From Botryllus schlosseri (Eukaryota): DNA of 64,000 nt. Each line of letters opens with the position of its first letter. Position 1 is the stretch's first letter. Below the pieces are notes generated by a model. It saw only the letters and a list, made by a program, of their open reading frames with translations, did not search any database and was not told the origin of the DNA. A program made the translations under genes and the position numbers. The DNA is taken from positions 32,302,001 through 32,366,000 of the forward strand of contig CM119372.1 in the NCBI GenBank assembly GCA_051294905.1, in the 5' to 3' direction. Positions 60,573-64,000 of the stretch are shown here, piece by piece.

Positions 60573-63500
60573 TTAACAGTTTAGTTTGTCCTGCCACGCG
60601 ATAGTTGTTATACATGATTTTTGGTTATTTCGTCGAGCAACACCTCTAAAATATTTTTTAGACCCGTTATTGCAGTACTTTTTGTAAACCACATATACTA
60701 ATAGGAATACGACAGACATACATACTGCGATAATTATGGAATCAATGTTTCGCGGATTTATCAATCCTCCGCCGTTGTATAATTTAGTAAAAATGTCTCT
60801 TACCGTGTAAGTCCGTTCAAGTATTTGTAAGTTATACAATTCTTCGTAAAAATCAAAATCACTTTGGATCAGTCCGTCATATGCGGTGTTCTGCGATGTG
60901 CTGTGTTCATTGAAGATCGTCATCTTTAGTACTGTGTTTCCTGATCCGATCGGCAGAGCCTGTCTGTTGGTAATTGACGACAAGATCGCCGTATCGTCCC
61001 TCGGATCAATTGTTGTTGGTCCAGATGTGCCATCTCCTGATGAAATTGAAGTGGTTATTTTGGTACTTACCTTTCGATCATGCTGTTGGAGTTGGTGATC
61101 CGGCCCGGTGATGGAGAGGTGCATATTCGTCACATAGTACGGATCTGTTTCGGTTGTTCTTCCAGCCCGTTTTGTTTCCATCACATCTACGCGGCGTTGC
61201 ATTGATATTGTGCGTCGATGATTTACACGCAATGGTTGCGTATAAGGCTTGGTTTTTAGGTTAGTTTCGAACGTCTCTAGCAGTCGTTTCTTAGGTACAA
61301 GGCTTGACTCTCTTCTGATCAGGGTGGATGGATGACGAGTCGTTGTATCAATTCCCTGTAGCAAATTTGCGCTTTGTATTGAGGGTGTAAGCGTCGTTAA
61401 TTCATCCTCGGAGACGGGGTCCTTAGTCGTCCTGACTATGGTGGCGTTAATGGAGTCGATCACCGTTTGTGGTTCGCGCGTTGTTGTTCCCTGAGGACTC
61501 CACGTCCTTAATATATTCTCGGGATCTCTAGAAAGACCAGTGGTCTGACTATCGGCACTCCATGTTTGTTCCGCTTCTTCCAACAGATCAGTTAGTGGAC
61601 TCAGAGTTGCAGACACATTCATTGCAATCTTACTGACCCTTGCAGTTCCTATTCCCTTAGTCCTAAATCGCGAAAGGGTTTGGGATTTTCCATCCGTGGC
61701 GGTCTCAGTCCCAACCGTTTCCTCCCTTAAAATATTACGCACGGCAAGAGACGCTGTCGTCGTAGCAGTAGCAGTACCCATTACATGTGATATTTCTTCC
61801 AATGTAGTGGGCGTATTTTGAGTTGTTGTGGTATGTTTCAAATCTCCCGAAATCGTTCCTTCTGGAACGGTTATAAAACTAGGAGCGACGGAGATCGACA
61901 CAGGCCTTTCCTTTAGTGATATGTCATATTTGCCGTCGGCGTCGTCAGCCACTGGCACCGTTGAAGTAACTTTTACCGAAGTAGGTCCCAAATCATTACT
62001 CAGGGAAACCTTATGTGTCGTCCCTGCAGTAGTCGTTTTCAAACTACCACTTTCCCATGTTTTCATGGTTGTACCGCCCACCATCACCGAAGTGGTTTGC
62101 GGAACTCCTGTGGTCCATGTGGTCCTAGCGTGATGGTTCTCATGGTCATCACTCGCGGTTAGCATCACCGTTTGAGCTGTGAGTTTCTCCCCCGCATTAT
62201 TCCTATAGGCATATGGCGTATAGACCAAGGCACCGTCACAAAACGTCCCCCGATAGATCCACCGAGACTGAAATAACTTTTCGTCCCTCACTTCTGCATG
62301 AATTAGCTTTTGTGAGGCCATATAATTCAGAAGTATCGTATTCATTAATTTTGCTTGTTCTATTAATGTCGTTCGTAGGGTGAGGTTATGCCTCATGGAT
62401 AACTCCTCAAGTTGTCTTCGGGAGACGGGTTTTTCTTGCGTTTTTACGCCTCTTCTTATTCGAACCTTTAGTTGTGACAAGTGTTCCTTTATCTTATTTG
62501 TGTATTGTACCCCAAGACGGGACAGCCAGTTCCTAATACCCCCTTGTCCATACTCATTTGGTGCCTCTCGAGAAGGGGATAGTATAAACGCAAACCTTTC
62601 CCTCCCATTTGAAATCAAGCAGGAAGTTTGATTATCCGGGGTTGCTAAAAGCTTTTTCGTCCGTGTTCGGTTTTCAGGAGCAGCAATTTGCATTGCACCG
62701 TGTCGGGGATCCGCAAACACTGCCCGCCCCTCGAAAGGATCGTATAATACTCTATTGAATATTAAGGCTGTTTCGAGATCTCCCACAGCCGTCGAACAAA
62801 CTTGCCTATTTTCTTTCAGTTCGCACCGCGAGCTATTATGTAAAAGAACCGGGTAAGGGTCATACATTGTCATGTCTGAAGGTTGGGGTTTGGCCCTCGT
62901 GCGGATGAATGCCGTATCGGTTTTTCGTCCGTCGAACATCACATGCCAATGCTCCGTATATGTCTCGTTTCTTGCTTGTAGCCATACCAGATTCTCGCTT
63001 ATCCTTGGCAGAGGGACTCCATTAGGCCATTGATTGCTAGAAAAGGTTTTTCGCCTATCCGGCGGTTTTCCAATAATACTGGGATCGACTTCCTGTATTA
63101 CAAAATCTAGCGGCAAGAAATTGTCATCCGGTTGTTCCCCCGCGAAGTAGCATTCTATACAAATCACTCTACTTCGACGCCTTCCGGGAGTAACACAATG
63201 GCTGAATCTATTCTGTCCGATATCCCATCCATTACGACGCCCGAACTGATAGTGACAATCTGCTTCCACCGTCACATATTGTTCTAACAGGTTTATGATC
63301 ATTGTCTTATATACGGTTAGTCGCTGTAATGTCTCGAGGGGTAAAGAATGCAAGACTCGGGTTTCTACGTACCTCCAAAAATGTATTACTCCCAGTTTGC
63401 CGTTGCGTCGGTACTTTATTTTTCGAGAGTAGTAGTCAGTAGGGTTCAGATCCGGTAATATCCACGACCCAGTCCTTCTGCACACACACTCCCGTTCATA

Positions 63501-63884
63501 CGCCCAGGTTTCATTCCAATACCTGGCGCTTTGGGACGCTGGGGATGATTTGGGCGCAAGTAATTTGTATAAACTTTGCGGTGTGGCCTTTAACGGACCA
63601 AACGCTGTGCTGTCAACCTGTATCTGATATCGACGTTGAACGTCTCTTCGAGGCCAGTCTCTTCCTAACACAAAAATTCGTGACAAGGGCACCCCTTGCG
63701 GTCTTGGTGGGGCGTCGAAAGGCATCCATCCCGTAATATTAAAGACGTCCTCGGACTCCACGATCATAGCAGATAAGGGTAGTAGGTTTTCGTCAGTTTG
63801 GGCTTTCACAAAACAAGCCCACAGGGTTAACAACAGCAACCCTTGTAGTCTTTTCCCTTTGTACAGGCAATCAATTATTGGCAT
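60573..63884 (-). CDS. Env-like type I membrane glycoprotein, 1103 aa, intronless
   Basis: Signal peptide, Cys-containing ectodomain with N-glycosylation sequons, RIRR furin-type site, helical segment, T/S-rich stalk, TM IIIAVCMSVVFLLVYVVY, short basic tail. Confidence 0.7.
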   Translation of the reverse strand: MPIIDCLYKGKRLQGLLLLTLWACFVKAQTDENLLPLSAMIVESEDVFNITGWMPFDAPPRPQGVPLSRIFVLGRDWPRRDVQRRYQIQVDSTAFGPLKATPQSLYKLLAPKSSPASQSARYWNETWAYERECVCRRTGSWILPDLNPTDYYSRKIKYRRNGKLGVIHFWRYVETRVLHSLPLETLQRLTVYKTMIINLLEQYVTVEADCHYQFGRRNGWDIGQNRFSHCVTPGRRRSRVICIECYFAGEQPDDNFLPLDFVIQEVDPSIIGKPPDRRKTFSSNQWPNGVPLPRISENLVWLQARNETYTEHWHVMFDGRKTDTAFIRTRAKPQPSDMTMYDPYPVLLHNSSRCELKENRQVCSTAVGDLETALIFNRVLYDPFEGRAVFADPRHGAMQIAAPENRTRTKKLLATPDNQTSCLISNGRERFAFILSPSREAPNEYGQGGIRNWLSRLGVQYTNKIKEHLSQLKVRIRRGVKTQEKPVSRRQLEELSMRHNLTLRTTLIEQAKLMNTILLNYMASQKLIHAEVRDEKLFQSRWIYRGTFCDGALVYTPYAYRNNAGEKLTAQTVMLTASDDHENHHARTTWTTGVPQTTSVMVGGTTMKTWESGSLKTTTAGTTHKVSLSNDLGPTSVKVTSTVPVADDADGKYDISLKERPVSISVAPSFITVPEGTISGDLKHTTTTQNTPTTLEEISHVMGTATATTTASLAVRNILREETVGTETATDGKSQTLSRFRTKGIGTARVSKIAMNVSATLSPLTDLLEEAEQTWSADSQTTGLSRDPENILRTWSPQGTTTREPQTVIDSINATIVRTTKDPVSEDELTTLTPSIQSANLLQGIDTTTRHPSTLIRRESSLVPKKRLLETFETNLKTKPYTQPLRVNHRRTISMQRRVDVMETKRAGRTTETDPYYVTNMHLSITGPDHQLQQHDRKVSTKITTSISSGDGTSGPTTIDPRDDTAILSSITNRQALPIGSGNTVLKMTIFNEHSTSQNTAYDGLIQSDFDFYEELYNLQILERTYTVRDIFTKLYNGGGLINPRNIDSIIIAVCMSVVFLLVYVVYKKYCNNGSKKYFRGVARRNNQKSCITTIAWQDKLNC

Positions 63885-64000
63885 ATTAATTTAACATGTA
63901 AAAATCTGCAATTCATATAGCTGTGTTTAGTGAAGTGTAATGGTTAAGAGATCTTCGGCGGAGGTCGGTTACCATCGCACTATGGATCTGCGCTCCCTAG

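Overview
Eukaryotic, AT-rich animal DNA. The host is not identifiable from sequence; a marine invertebrate chordate such as an ascidian is only a guess. Host-like flanks (~1-8.3 kb and ~33.3-60.5 kb) hold hAT-type MITEs with 8-bp TSDs, dispersed repeats and two GT-AG exons. Embedded in them is a ~25-kb, intronless, entirely minus-strand island (~8.33-33.3 kb) that looks like a giant retroid element. Its retro core has an LTR end (CA), a tRNA-Thr-type PBS, a small glycosylated membrane ORF, gag (CCHC, PPxY), an A-AAA-AAC -1 frameshift site and pol (PR, RT, RNase H). Pol keeps only a remnant integrase zinc finger. In place of the DDE integrase core it ends in a Tpt1/KptA-like ADP-ribosyltransferase-fold domain. 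Upstream of the single LTR is a dense cargo cluster: a UBE2D-like E2, a 3xBIR-UBA-RING IAP, a secreted LRR protein, a Merlin/IS1595-type DDE transposase without visible TIRs, two triplicated orphan families, decayed paralogs and a 77-bp tandem array. An intronless 1103-aa Env-like type I glycoprotein lies on the same strand at 60.6-63.9 kb. All homology calls come from motifs recognised by eye; no searches were run.
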